The notes below the pieces were generated by a model. The model had not been told where the DNA came from. It saw only the letters and a list, made by a program, of their open reading frames with translations, and ran no database searches. Below, piece by piece: positions 1-10,762 of a DNA stretch of 64,000 nucleotides. The position numbers and the translations under genes are program-made. Position 1 is the first letter of the stretch, and every line of letters starts with the position of its first letter. The DNA is from Candidatus Latescibacterota bacterium. Lineage in GTDB: Bacteria > Latescibacterota > UBA2968 > UBA8231. The stretch lies in assembly GCA_965217585.1 (NCBI GenBank), contig OZ244561.1, positions 864,001 to 928,000 on the forward strand, in the 5' to 3' direction.

Positions 1-1
1 G

Positions 2-601
2 GCTACTGCCGCCATGGCCGCAGGGGTGATCTTTTGTATGGTGTTCGCCAATGTGGGTCTGGCACCAATGAATATGGAGGGCGACGCCGCCGTGCACTAC
101 AATCTGGGCAATGCCTACGCCAAAGAGGGCGAACTGGAAAGGGCACAAGCGGCATTCGAGCGGGCCGTACACTTTGATTCGGCCTACTGGCAGGCGTGGT
201 ACAATTTGGCATCTGTCCAGGCCGCCCAAGGCCAGGCCGGCGCTGCGATCCCCACTTTTCAACGGGTGTTGAGGGTCTATCCGCAAAGAGTCATGGTGTG
301 GATCAGCCTGGCTCGGGCCCACCGCCAGCTCGGGGAAAACGACCGGGCCCTAAAAGCCTACGAAATCGCCCTCCGCCGCAATCCCTCGGCATTTAATTTT
401 TACGGCTCTTATAGCGAGTTGATCGATCTGTACTTGCAACAAGACCAAGCCCCCAAGGCGGAGCAAGTGCTGGAAATCGCGTCTAAATACCATCCCGCGG
501 AGGCCCAGCGCCTCAGAGGCCTTTATGGAAAGGGTGCATTACCGCGAAACGAGGCGGTTGAGCGGCAGTTGCCGTTTCTGTACATTCCCGGCCGTCCGTG
601 A
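2..601 (+). CDS. TPR-repeat protein, probably the C-terminal part of a larger membrane protein (5' truncated by the window)
   Basis: Frame is open back to position 2; hydrophobic segment followed by TPR units (HYNLGNAY, AWYNLASVQ, VWISLARAH). Confidence 0.8.
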   Translation, partial: ATAAMAAGVIFCMVFANVGLAPMNMEGDAAVHYNLGNAYAKEGELERAQAAFERAVHFDSAYWQAWYNLASVQAAQGQAGAAIPTFQRVLRVYPQRVMVWISLARAHRQLGENDRALKAYEIALRRNPSAFNFYGSYSELIDLYLQQDQAPKAEQVLEIASKYHPAEAQRLRGLYGKGALPRNEAVERQLPFLYIPGRP

Positions 602-646
602 ATTTGTGGCCGCGTTCTCGCTTAGTTTCACTGAAAAGGGACTGAC

Positions 647-2890
647 GTGAAAAAGAGAATCCCCCTGCTCGTGATTTCTTGGCTGAGCGCGGCAAATATC
701 GGGAGCGCGGTCGAAGAAATCGTCCTCGTTGGCAGCAGTGGATCATTGCCGTGGCGAGAAGGGGGTGGGACCATTGCGCCGACTGCGATCTTGGATGAGT
801 CCACCGTCAATCAGACCAATACCCCCGGTGGAGTGATCGACTTCGAGTCCATTGATTTCCCCGGGTGGATTTTTCCGCAAAGGGTCGACACGACCGACAA
901 CATTCTCATCGGCCTCACCAGCAAAGAGCGCGGCGGCTCGATCAGCAGTCCCATCCCCAGTGCCCAAGTCAGCTTCAAAGACGATTACAAAAAATTGATC
1001 GACGCCGACGGTCAAACAGCGTTGGAAGTAAGAGCTACTTCCAGCGCCTCCAGTGCCGGTGCGCTCGGTCTGATCTTAGAATTCGATCTCAACGCACTAT
1101 TCGCCGTCAATCGCATCCGATTTTTTCCCCGCAATGCCGCTCCCCAACTGCCGGCACCTGACTTTCCCTTTCAGAACGATTTTATCAAGGGGTACGAGAT
1201 TTTTATCAATGACGGCCGGCCCGAATCCCATCTCAACGGTCGCCCGATATGGACGACAATCGCCCTCGAAGGCCAGAACGAGGAAGCGGTCGTCGATCTG
1301 CTCATCCCCACTCAATTCGTGCGCCAGATACGCTTCAAATCGCTTACGACAGCCGACTTCGAGATTGCCGAGTTCCAGGTTTTTGCCGAGGGGTTTGTGC
1401 CGCAGGCGACCTATCTGTCCAATGTATTCGATTTTGGCGAGCCGGCCTTGCTGGGCCACTTGCGCTGGACCCAAGAAACCATCGGTGACTCCGTGCTCTC
1501 GGATATGCAAATTCGCACGCGCACGGGTGTGGATCCCGAGCCGGTCGAGTTTACCCGAGTCGGCATCCAGAGTATCGGCCTGGCCGAGGTGAGCCGCACG
1601 GTGGGGGGCGTGTCGAATCTGGAAGAAATTCGGGTCAAAGTACCCTGGAAGCGCCCTCAAGACGTGGAGGACGATGAACTTAGAACTTTGGTCGAAACCG
1701 AGCTAGAGGACGATTTGCTGAGCGGAGAAGAGGCGCTTTTGGCCTGGACCCGGCTGCCACTAAAACTGCGAGCACAGCTCGAGATTTCGCAAGCCGAGTA
1801 CGGCAAGATCAAAGAGCGGGGGCCGATTCGCGATGATCTGACGAACTGGAGTCCTTGGTCTCCCCCGTACTCGGCCGCCGGTATGGTCGAAGCCCAAGCC
1901 TTGGAAATACCCGGGTCGGGAACGCCGATGCTCTCTCCCAATCCCCGCCGCTATTTTCAATTTATGGTCGAGTTTGCCAGCCGGGGCTTTGACGCGGCCT
2001 CCGGCTTGAGGGCCTTAGCCTTTGATCTGTCCACGCCGGCTCTGGCCGATACCCTCATCGGGGAAGTGTTTCCCCGGCACGCCGACGTCGGTGCAGCGAC
2101 TGTTTTCACCTACGCCGTCCTGGCGAAGATTGGCCAGACGACGGCCGGTTTTGACCAATTGGAGATCGAGACGCCGCTTAAGGTGGAGTCCATTGGCATG
2201 GTAGAGGTCCACGGGCCCGATGGCGAGATCGAATCGGCCGATTTTTCAGCGCGCTCATTGGACGATCTCCCCGTCGAAGCAGGCAGCGGCTTTGCGGTGT
2301 TGGCCGTCTCAGACCATGGCCTACTTTTGCACTTGCCGCCAGTGAACCAAAATAATGCGCTCGTCAAGTTGGAATTCGCAACAGCGGTTTTGCGTTTTGG
2401 CACGGTATTCTCGGCTCGAGTGTTCAAGACCGAAGTCGGCGCAGTGGGACAAAATATACTCGCGGGCAATGCGGCGGATTTAGGACGAGGGACACTAGTA
2501 GATCCCGATCTAGTCCGCATTGGCGCTTCTGTTCCCACCAATCTGACCGTAGAGGTGGCCATAAGCAACGATCTATTGACCAATGTGCGCGCTGCGCCAG
2601 TCGCATTTACACCCAATGGGGATCAAATCAACGATCACACTTCTATTCACTACGATATCACCAATATAGCTAGTCCCGTTCTCGTGGAGATCGAACTATT
2701 TGATTTGGCCGGCCGAGCGATCAGGTCTCTGCAAATGGCAAAACAGACCAGCGGGCGTTTTGCCATTGCCTGGGAGGGCACCGATGGTGAGGGTCGGCTC
2801 GTGCCTCCGGGGCATTACATATACACCGTTACGCTGAACGCCGATACCGGCGCTGACAGCAGGGTCGGTGCCGTCGGCGTTGTCTATTAA
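647..2890 (+). CDS. Secreted protein with discoidin/galactose-binding-like domain and C-terminal FlgD-Ig / type-B-CTD-like domain (paralog 1)
   Basis: Signal peptide MKKRIPLLVISWLSAA; AAAAGGG upstream of GTG; motifs FDLNALFAVNRIRFFP, EIAEFQVF, WSPWSPPY, SPNPRRYFQF; C-terminal FTPNGDQIND...IELFDLAGRAIR...WEGTDGEGRLVPPGHY. Confidence 0.8.
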   Translation: MKKRIPLLVISWLSAANIGSAVEEIVLVGSSGSLPWREGGGTIAPTAILDESTVNQTNTPGGVIDFESIDFPGWIFPQRVDTTDNILIGLTSKERGGSISSPIPSAQVSFKDDYKKLIDADGQTALEVRATSSASSAGALGLILEFDLNALFAVNRIRFFPRNAAPQLPAPDFPFQNDFIKGYEIFINDGRPESHLNGRPIWTTIALEGQNEEAVVDLLIPTQFVRQIRFKSLTTADFEIAEFQVFAEGFVPQATYLSNVFDFGEPALLGHLRWTQETIGDSVLSDMQIRTRTGVDPEPVEFTRVGIQSIGLAEVSRTVGGVSNLEEIRVKVPWKRPQDVEDDELRTLVETELEDDLLSGEEALLAWTRLPLKLRAQLEISQAEYGKIKERGPIRDDLTNWSPWSPPYSAAGMVEAQALEIPGSGTPMLSPNPRRYFQFMVEFASRGFDAASGLRALAFDLSTPALADTLIGEVFPRHADVGAATVFTYAVLAKIGQTTAGFDQLEIETPLKVESIGMVEVHGPDGEIESADFSARSLDDLPVEAGSGFAVLAVSDHGLLLHLPPVNQNNALVKLEFATAVLRFGTVFSARVFKTEVGAVGQNILAGNAADLGRGTLVDPDLVRIGASVPTNLTVEVAISNDLLTNVRAAPVAFTPNGDQINDHTSIHYDITNIASPVLVEIELFDLAGRAIRSLQMAKQTSGRFAIAWEGTDGEGRLVPPGHYIYTVTLNADTGADSRVGAVGVVY

Positions 2891-2907
2891 AAGCCTACGA
2901 GGTGAGC

Positions 2908-5721
2908 ATGTCATCTGCATTGGGCCTATGGGCAAACCGCAATGAGCTGGGGGGATTCTTCCTGCTATTGTCGCTTTTGCTCGGTGTTGGCCGCTCGGAG
3001 GCCCAGGACTACGGATCTCGCCTCGGGACCCAGCGCGGCGGCGAGGTGAGCTTTGAACCCCGCGGCCCGGGGGTCCTATTCGGGGCGCTCGACCCGTCGG
3101 TGCGCAAATGGTACGTGCCGCAGGAATTGTACAACGAATACCAGTGGCGTCAGTGGGAATATTCCAACTACGCGCGTCAGCCCTACCAGCGCTATGTCAA
3201 TACCGCGCTCGAAGGCAATTACTTCTACGATATCTACGGCCATTACGTCACGCGCGGATGGCTGGTGTACGACTGGCACCAGGACCAGCCCCAGGCCCTG
3301 GGCAGCAGCGTCTTTAAGGATGGCCGCTTCAACGACTGGTTCAACAATCTCACGGTGAGTAGCGATTCCAAGGGCCAGTTTTCCTATGCGATCACAGTCG
3401 GCAACGAGATCCGCACCACCCTCACCCCCATGACATTTTCCAAGCCTCGTTTTAATGGGCTCCAGATGGACTTCGCGGCAGATAAATACCTAGCCACCAT
3501 CCTTGCCTCGCGCATAAGTGATCCGGCTACGGGCGTGACCCCACAGCCTGCTAGAGTCTCCAATTCCACCAGTCTCATTGGCGGACGGGCGACCGTGCAA
3601 GTGGGCGACTTCATCACCCTCGGCGGCACCTTGGTGGACGCCCGCAACGCCAATACCGGATTGGACGTATTCAGCGGCGATCTGATCGCCGGTAGCCTGA
3701 CGGCCGGCCAGTCTTCAACACCGGTCACCGCCATCGCCATGGTGCTGAGCGACGATTCACCAGAAGACGGGGTCGGAGGAGCCGCCCTTTTCAGCCACGA
3801 CATTCGCATCACCGCCCGCAATTTCGATACGGAGCTAGAGACGGTCTTCACGCTCCAGCAAGTGGTGCGCGAGGGGCTCGAGTGGCCGGTCATTTTTGGC
3901 GGGTTTCCCAAAGAGGGCTTCACGGCCGCCGACGGCGACGAGCGCATTGTCTTGAACTACGATTTCAACAGCCCGGCCTACGTCGGTCCTGATCCGCTCT
4001 CGATTGTCAGGGTCGAATTCGACTACGTATTAGCCAATGACTTCAAAGTGGAAATGTGGTCGAACAAGCAGACCGGCCGGCGCTCCACCCCGGCACCGCC
4101 CATCACCAGCCAAGTCATCGAGGAAAGTGAACCCGCCCTGATTGTGCTGCGGCGGGCGGAGGGCAATGTGCGAGATATATCGAACTTGCAACGGGTGCGG
4201 TATGAATACGGTTTGCCCACGGCCAATATGGTTGGGGGCTTCACCATCGAGGGCAAAGATGTATTTGGCTTTGATTTCAACGGGGAGTGGGACCGCAATC
4301 TGCGCTTTTTTCAGTATCCCAATCCCGCCATTTTTTCGGCTAGCGGCAATCACGAAATCTCTTCGCTGCACGCCGATGCCTATTTTTTCAACCTATCCAG
4401 ACAGCAATACCCGTGGTTCGGTTTTTTTGAGGGCTATTCCATCGCCGAAGACTATTCGACGACGGCGGCATTCGTCGTCGACCACTCCGGTGACATTCTC
4501 TACGATTCGCCCACGACCGCCTTCTACGAATTCGTCGACGACAACGACGATCAAGACCGTGCACCCGATTGGGTGCGCCGGGGGCAATCAGTCGGCGATA
4601 ATATTGTTTTTCCCGGCTGGGATGAAAATAACGACTTCATCTCCGACTTCAATCAGAACGACAACGCCACCATACCCAATAGCTTGCCCGATTACGAAGA
4701 ACCTTTTCTGAGATTCGCGGTGGACCGTCCGGAGTTTCTCTTCGGCATCGATCTCAACAACAACGACTGGATCGACCGCTTTGAAGACGATGTGCTGCCG
4801 GACTATCTCTACAAGGCCGACCGCAGCGGGTACAATGCTTTTGTGGGGCTCGACATCGCTCCGAATGTGCGTCTTTTGCTGGGACGGGTGGACGAGCGCA
4901 TGTTTTCCCAGCAGCGAGAAAACGAATCCACCTATGGATTATTCACCTTTGACCGCAACTGGGCGGGTTTTGGACGCGTGCGGGTTTTCGCAATGCTCAA
5001 GCGGGTGAAAGACACCATCCCGGACGATCGCCGGGCGCCATCGCCGTACTTAACGGCCCCGGCCCGACCGCTGGTGCCGGATATTTTGCCGGCCGCGGAT
5101 ACCTGGGTCAACTCGTCGTTCATCGCCGTCGATCATCTCGGAGTGCCGGGCCTCGAATTAACCTCTAAGCTGAAATACGACTTCTACCATCAAGTGCTAG
5201 ACGATCCAAGGGACCTCAATGAACGGCCCCTCCGCGATTTTACCAGTTTTTTTGGTATGATCAACAAAGCGTCTTATACCGCGGAATGGGGTCCCTTTTT
5301 GCTGCGACCCGGTCTAAAGAGCGAGTACTTTCGGCGGAGCGAATTCTTGCAGGAAGAGGAGCCCCGCCAACACTGGGCCGGGATCGCCCAAGTGTTGGCT
5401 CAGACGCGGCTGACACCCAATACCAGAATCGAAGCGGGACTCGAGTTGTTGCGCTTGCGCGATCTGGTCGCCGACGAAGACGACATGCTCGCCAGAGGAG
5501 TCGCGGCAGAGACCGGAGATCTGACTTCGACTCAGGTCGCCGTCCAACTGTCGGTCACCTCGGGATACCTCGGGTATATCCTCACCACTCAGGTCGGGTT
5601 GCGGGTCGGGCACATCGGCACGGAGCGCATTCGCGAAGCTGCGCCGGGCGTCTTTGAGAAAGGGAGTAAAGGGCGCTCGGAAACGACCAGTTTTATCACG
5701 GTTTTTGCAGGGGTCGAGTAA
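2908..5721 (+). CDS. Large exported hypothetical protein, predicted outer-membrane beta-barrel with acidic Ca-binding-like insert (barrel paralog A)
   Basis: GAGGTG RBS before ATG 2908 (GTG 2902 is an alternative); signal peptide ending SEA-Q; amphipathic strand patterns; DDNDDQDR, DENNDFISDFNQND and DLNNNDWIDRFEDD motifs; C-terminus FITVFAGVE. Confidence 0.7.
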   Translation: MSSALGLWANRNELGGFFLLLSLLLGVGRSEAQDYGSRLGTQRGGEVSFEPRGPGVLFGALDPSVRKWYVPQELYNEYQWRQWEYSNYARQPYQRYVNTALEGNYFYDIYGHYVTRGWLVYDWHQDQPQALGSSVFKDGRFNDWFNNLTVSSDSKGQFSYAITVGNEIRTTLTPMTFSKPRFNGLQMDFAADKYLATILASRISDPATGVTPQPARVSNSTSLIGGRATVQVGDFITLGGTLVDARNANTGLDVFSGDLIAGSLTAGQSSTPVTAIAMVLSDDSPEDGVGGAALFSHDIRITARNFDTELETVFTLQQVVREGLEWPVIFGGFPKEGFTAADGDERIVLNYDFNSPAYVGPDPLSIVRVEFDYVLANDFKVEMWSNKQTGRRSTPAPPITSQVIEESEPALIVLRRAEGNVRDISNLQRVRYEYGLPTANMVGGFTIEGKDVFGFDFNGEWDRNLRFFQYPNPAIFSASGNHEISSLHADAYFFNLSRQQYPWFGFFEGYSIAEDYSTTAAFVVDHSGDILYDSPTTAFYEFVDDNDDQDRAPDWVRRGQSVGDNIVFPGWDENNDFISDFNQNDNATIPNSLPDYEEPFLRFAVDRPEFLFGIDLNNNDWIDRFEDDVLPDYLYKADRSGYNAFVGLDIAPNVRLLLGRVDERMFSQQRENESTYGLFTFDRNWAGFGRVRVFAMLKRVKDTIPDDRRAPSPYLTAPARPLVPDILPAADTWVNSSFIAVDHLGVPGLELTSKLKYDFYHQVLDDPRDLNERPLRDFTSFFGMINKASYTAEWGPFLLRPGLKSEYFRRSEFLQEEEPRQHWAGIAQVLAQTRLTPNTRIEAGLELLRLRDLVADEDDMLARGVAAETGDLTSTQVAVQLSVTSGYLGYILTTQVGLRVGHIGTERIREAAPGVFEKGSKGRSETTSFITVFAGVE

Positions 5722-5723
5722 AG

Positions 5724-8665
5724 ATGAATTCGCGCGCCTGGCGCCTCTGGGCAGTGACGGTCGTAGGACTGGCCGGTGCCGCCTCTGCCCAGCCGGAGTA
5801 CGGCTATCGGCTAGGCGAACGAGTCGGCGACCATGTCGTCTATTCCACCCGTGGCGTGCCGATTTATACCGCAGCCCTAGAGCCCACAGTACAGCGCTGG
5901 TATTTACCAGCCAGTTTATTCTCCGAAAACCACCACCACCAATGGGAATACACCAACTACGCCCGGGATCCCTTCCTGCGCTACGTCAGTTCCAGCTTGG
6001 AAGGAAATCTGTTCTACGATGGCTTTGGCAGCCTAATCACTCGCGGCTGGCTCATTTACGACTGGCGTCAGGTGCAGCCGCGCATCGCCGAAAGCTCTCA
6101 GATATTCAAGGCGAGCCAGTACATGCGATGGTTCAACAGGCAATTGCTGGCCGTCGACAGCAAGGGAGATTACAGCTTCTCCATCCTCGTCGGCGACGAA
6201 CTCAATACTACACTGACGCCGATGACGTTCAGAAAGGCCGGCTTCAATGGGATCATGGCCAACTTGGCGACTAATCGCCTGCGCCTCACAGGACTCTTTT
6301 CCCGCATCTCGGGACCGGTGCTGCTAGAGACCGTGGGCCTGGTCGATCCCAGAGTCAACTCCACCAATCTGGTAGCGGGCCGCACCGAAGTGGATCTGTT
6401 CACGGGCTTGACCATAGGACTGAATCTGGTCAATTCCCACACTTCTAATGGCAGTCGGGAAAGTTTCGCCGGCAACCCCTTCAAGGGCGAGCTATCGACG
6501 GGCCAGCTCGAGGACGCACTGCGCTCGGTCCTAGTGCGGCTCAGCGATGACTCACCAGAAGACGGCGAGGCAGGGGCCATCCTCATCGCTAGGGACATCG
6601 AGATAAAAACCAAGCTCAAACGTCCTTCCCCTGCGGATCCAGCGGTATTAGTGGAGCGGGATACCCTCATTGTCGGCAGTTCTTTTGGCTTCGACGCCAG
6701 CCAAATTCAGGGTGGTTCGGTGAGGAACGGTCTGCTCGTGGCCGACGGGGCCGAGAGCATTGTATTGCATTACGTCTTGGCTCCTGCGCAGGGCGAGAGC
6801 GAAAAAGGCTCCTTGCGGCTGTTGCTGCAGCAGCGACTAAATCTGAGCCTAGCAGAGGCCCAAGATGTAATCCAGGCGATCGAAAATGTGCGCTTTCGCC
6901 TAATATTGGCCAACGACTATCGCGTGGAAATGAGCTCGGATCGGCAGACCAACCGCTTTGGCGTGCCCCAATTCCTGCCGGTCACCAGAGCCGCAGGCAA
7001 TATCAAGAATGAGACCAACAGCCGCGAGGTGGTTTTCGACTATGGTCTGCCCACGGCCAATCTGCTGTACGGCCTCAGCGCCGAATGGCGCAATATGCGC
7101 GGTTTCGATTTCTACGGGGAAGTAAATATCAATTCCAACTATCGGAAATACCCGAATCGGCACCAAAAGCATCACCGCGCAATTGCGGGCATTGCAGGTG
7201 ACAAAAGGTCGCTGGGCTGGCTGGCTACTCTCTCTTGGCAAAGCTACCCTTGGTCGGCATTCTTGGAAGGCTTTGGCATGGACGACTCCTATTCCACCAG
7301 CGTTCGTCCCGTGCCCCCATCTGGAGTTGCCAACTACGCCCCCGAAGCCACCGAGGTTCTCTACGATTTTGTCGAAGACAACGACGACCAGGATCGCCAA
7401 CCCGATCAAAAGCGCGCCAATCAGGGTAGTCTGGTGCCGCCACAAGTAGGCGATTTTGACATCGACCAGACCGGAGTCGCCGACCCAGAAGTCTTCCCGG
7501 GTTATGACGAAAACGGAGATTTCATTTCTGATTTCAACCAGAACCACAATCCCATCCGCCGCAACCTGCTGCCCGATTATGACGAACCGTTTTTGCGCTA
7601 CCACTCCGACCGGCCCGAGTTTCTCTTTGGCATGGATCTGAACAACAACAACTGGGTCGATCGCTTCGAGAACGACGATTTGCCCGATTACCCGTACAAA
7701 AAAGATCACTGGGGCTACAATGCCTACAGTAGCCTCCAACTCGGTCCGCAAGCCAAGCTGACTCTCGGACAGCTACGGCAGGAAAAACGCGAGACGAGCG
7801 AGGAGAATCTGACGACTATGGCCTCCTAACCGCGGTCGAGGATCTGCCGGGCAAGGGCCGCCTGCGCCTCTTCGATATGTTGAGATTGGCTAAGGACGAT
7901 ATCCCCGACCCCTTGTCGCAGTGGATCGTATCCACGCCCGAATTTGGCGATCCGGGAGTCGACAGTGGGCGTCATGTCCAAATTCTAGATCGCCTAGGGG
8001 CCGCAGATACGTGGATCAACACCTTCTATGCGGACTGGAAATACGCCAGTCCGAACCAGTGGAGTACCTTTCACCGGTTTAAATGGGAAACCTGGCGTCA
8101 GCGCAATACGGGCAATCGCTTGCTCGTCGATGACGAGGGCAGTCAGGTGGGCACCGGCGGCGAATCCGTCGCTATCTACGACCCCCTCGGTCCACAAGGC
8201 CGCAACGGTCGCCGGTCCTCGGGGTTTTCGGGCTTAATCGACAAGGTGGAATACCAGTATTCGTGGCGGGGTTTGACCATCTCGCCCAAAGCGAAAAGCG
8301 AGTTCCTCAGCCAGACCCCCTTCGACCGGACAGTGGACAAACGCCGCACCTGGGACGCGCTTTTCTTTTTGCAGATCCACTTTCTCGTCCTGCGCACGAC
8401 CAGGATCGAAGGCGGTTTGGAACAGCGGTTCTTCTACAATGTCCTAAACTCGGAAGAAAATCTGCAAGTCGGACAGCTCAGCGGCGATTTTCGCGGCACG
8501 GTGCTGGCGCTCCAACTCACGAATCCAAGTACCTATTTGGGCTACAAATTGATCGCGGAGGTGGGCATGCGCTACGATCGGAGATCCCTAGAAAGGGTCG
8601 GCGGCAAACGCCAGCAGAAGGCCTCGGGTCTGTTCTTCGCCTCCATCCTGGCGGGTCTGCGCTGA
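5724..8665 (+). pseudogene. Barrel paralog B, split by a 1-nt deletion at ~7816 (true frameshift or sequencing error)
   Basis: ORFs 5724-7829 and 7877-8665 are collinear with paralog A; shifting frame at 7816 gives ENLT-YGLLTAVEDLPGKGRLRLFDMLRLAKDDIPD versus ENESTYGLFTFDRNWAGFGRVRVFAMLKRVKDTIPD in A. Confidence 0.8.
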
Positions 8666-8677
8666 GTCGATAGTACT

Positions 8678-8689
8678 TTGTATATAATT
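8678..8689 (+). promoter_or_regulatory. Candidate -10 element (TTGTATATAATT)
   Basis: TATAAT at 8683-8688 in an AT-rich intergenic patch ~40 nt before ATG 8726; the same 12-mer occurs at 30465-30476. Confidence 0.4.
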
Positions 8690-8725
8690 ATATGGTGTAG
8701 CACCCCTGAAAAAGAGGAGCGAATA

Positions 8726-10732
8726 ATGCCATTGGTCCAAATAGGCCGCCTGGCGTCTCTGCTGTGTTTTGGATTCTGTCTCGCCCTTTGGGGGCACCAA
8801 GACAGCGGGGCATTGACGGTTTACCGGATCGGCGGCGAAGATCTGCCCGCGCCCGAGGCGGCCGATTTCGGCGTTCCACCCGAATCTTTCCGCTTCGAGC
8901 AGCGGTCTTGGCTGTCTTTCGAGGATGACGACTTTGGCAGCGCCAACCTGCTCGACCTAGCACCGGGTCATATTCGGCCCCAGACTCTGGACAAAGAGAT
9001 CAATCTCACGCCGTTGATCCGCGAGCGAGGGGGGTCCATCAAGATCAACGACGGCTACGGCTGGAAAGACGAGGCGCAGCTAGATTTTCTCTTTGACGAC
9101 GACGAGACCACGGCCTTTTCAGGGGATACGGGGGGCAGTCTGCGCTGTGCTAATGGCACCCCGGGGAGAGGAGGCATCATGGATGCCCTCGGGGGCGATC
9201 CCATTGCGCAATGCAGGTATTTCAAATTCGATTTGGGCGGGGCGTTTATCATCGACCGGGTTCGATTTTTTGGCACTCCGAGACGAGGCGATACCTTTTT
9301 TCCCCGGTCCTTCCGGTTGGGCACAAACGACGGGGATGCGCTCAAAGACGGAGAGCGGGAGATCAAGTTGACCTGGCGCGGCAAAGCCTTCGTCGACTGG
9401 GATGTCGTTGTCGAGCGCCTGGAGAACACGGACGCGGTCCTGGACTTTCAATTGCCTCTCGAGCCCGTGCAAATCCTCATATTCGAGGCTCTTCAGGGCA
9501 AATGGGAAATCGCCGAGTTGCAGATTTTTGGCACGGGGTCGGCCCCCTTTGCCAGCTACATTTCGAGTATTATCGATTTGGGCGGCCCGGCCGTGCTGGG
9601 AGAATTGACCTGGTCCGGCAACCAATCACCGACAGGGCGCATCGACCTGACTGCCCGCGGTGGCGACACGTCCGATCCCAATACGTACTGGCGTTTTACC
9701 TTCAGAGGGGATGAAAGGTCTCGTTTCAATGCCAATGGCCAACCCCTCAGTCGCCGCGCCTACGCCAAGTTGGAAGGGGGAGAGAAGGCGGGCATAACCC
9801 CCGACGAACAGAATTGGGAACTGTGGCCACCTTTTTTTTCTTATGGGGATGGCCGTGCCGAGATGAGCCGTCTCAAACCCCGTCAGTTCCTCCAGTTCAA
9901 GGCCGATTTCCACTCGCCGCCAGGAGGGGAAAACAGCCGGCTCGACTATCTCCAATTCGCCGTTACGCAACCGCCCATGGCAGCAGGAGTCGTAGCCGAA
10001 ATAGCACCCGCTGTCGTCGGCGCTGGCGAGCCGACGCGGTTTATTTACAAGATATTGCCCCAGATCCAACTGGGGGAGTCGGGTTTCGACACTATTGAAA
10101 TCCGCACGCCCATCGAGCCGCGGCTCGAATCCGTGTCCATTAGCGGCACCGAAGTGGAGTGGGCGGTCCTGCGGGTGGACGCCACCGGTCTGGAAGTGCG
10201 GATTCCCCGCATCGGCGACGACCGTTCGGGGGAGTTGATCGAAGTCGTTTTCGAGGCAGAGGTGTTCCGTTTTGGCACGGTATTTCCCGGCGCGGTCTGG
10301 GACAGCGAACGGCCCTACGAAGTGCGCCAACCAGTGACGCCGGGCAATGCCGACGATCTGGTGGATAACAACAGGCTCAGTGTGGCTCTGCAACAAACGG
10401 GCAAGCAGTCCATAGGGCGCTTCGAGCTGTCTTCTCGGGTGGTAACGCCAAATGGAGATCTGGCCAATGACGAGTTGCTGATCGAGTACGACCTCATCAA
10501 TGTCGATAGCGCTGGCGCTGGCATCGCCCGGCTCGAACTCTACGGGCTGGCGGGAGCGCGCATCGGGGTGTTGCAGCAAACCCAGATAACCAGCGGCCGG
10601 ATTCATTTCTCGTGGCCCGGCACCGATGGCGATGGTCAGGTGCTGCCGCCGGGCCTCTATATCCTCCGGCTGGCTGTCGCCGCGGACCGCGCTACGGACA
10701 CGGCGTTTCGCTCCGTAGCAGTGGCGTATTAG
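8726..10732 (+). CDS. Secreted discoidin-like + FlgD-Ig / type-B-CTD-like protein (paralog 2)
   Basis: AGAGGAG RBS before ATG 8726; signal peptide; FDLGGAFIIDRVRFF, WEIAELQIFG, PRQFLQF; C-terminal VTPNGDLAND...WPGTDGDGQVLPPGLY...VAVAY. Confidence 0.8.
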   Translation: MPLVQIGRLASLLCFGFCLALWGHQDSGALTVYRIGGEDLPAPEAADFGVPPESFRFEQRSWLSFEDDDFGSANLLDLAPGHIRPQTLDKEINLTPLIRERGGSIKINDGYGWKDEAQLDFLFDDDETTAFSGDTGGSLRCANGTPGRGGIMDALGGDPIAQCRYFKFDLGGAFIIDRVRFFGTPRRGDTFFPRSFRLGTNDGDALKDGEREIKLTWRGKAFVDWDVVVERLENTDAVLDFQLPLEPVQILIFEALQGKWEIAELQIFGTGSAPFASYISSIIDLGGPAVLGELTWSGNQSPTGRIDLTARGGDTSDPNTYWRFTFRGDERSRFNANGQPLSRRAYAKLEGGEKAGITPDEQNWELWPPFFSYGDGRAEMSRLKPRQFLQFKADFHSPPGGENSRLDYLQFAVTQPPMAAGVVAEIAPAVVGAGEPTRFIYKILPQIQLGESGFDTIEIRTPIEPRLESVSISGTEVEWAVLRVDATGLEVRIPRIGDDRSGELIEVVFEAEVFRFGTVFPGAVWDSERPYEVRQPVTPGNADDLVDNNRLSVALQQTGKQSIGRFELSSRVVTPNGDLANDELLIEYDLINVDSAGAGIARLELYGLAGARIGVLQQTQITSGRIHFSWPGTDGDGQVLPPGLYILRLAVAADRATDTAFRSVAVAY

Positions 10733-10762
10733 CTGTGCGGGTTGGCGCCGGGAGTGCTTGCT

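Noticed and set aside
6900-7751. 283-aa antisense ORF
   Set aside because: Shadow of the barrel paralog B coding strand; no motifs; expected in GC-rich DNA
9626-10606. 326-aa antisense ORF
   Set aside because: Lies entirely opposite a well-supported gene; no recognisable domain or RBS
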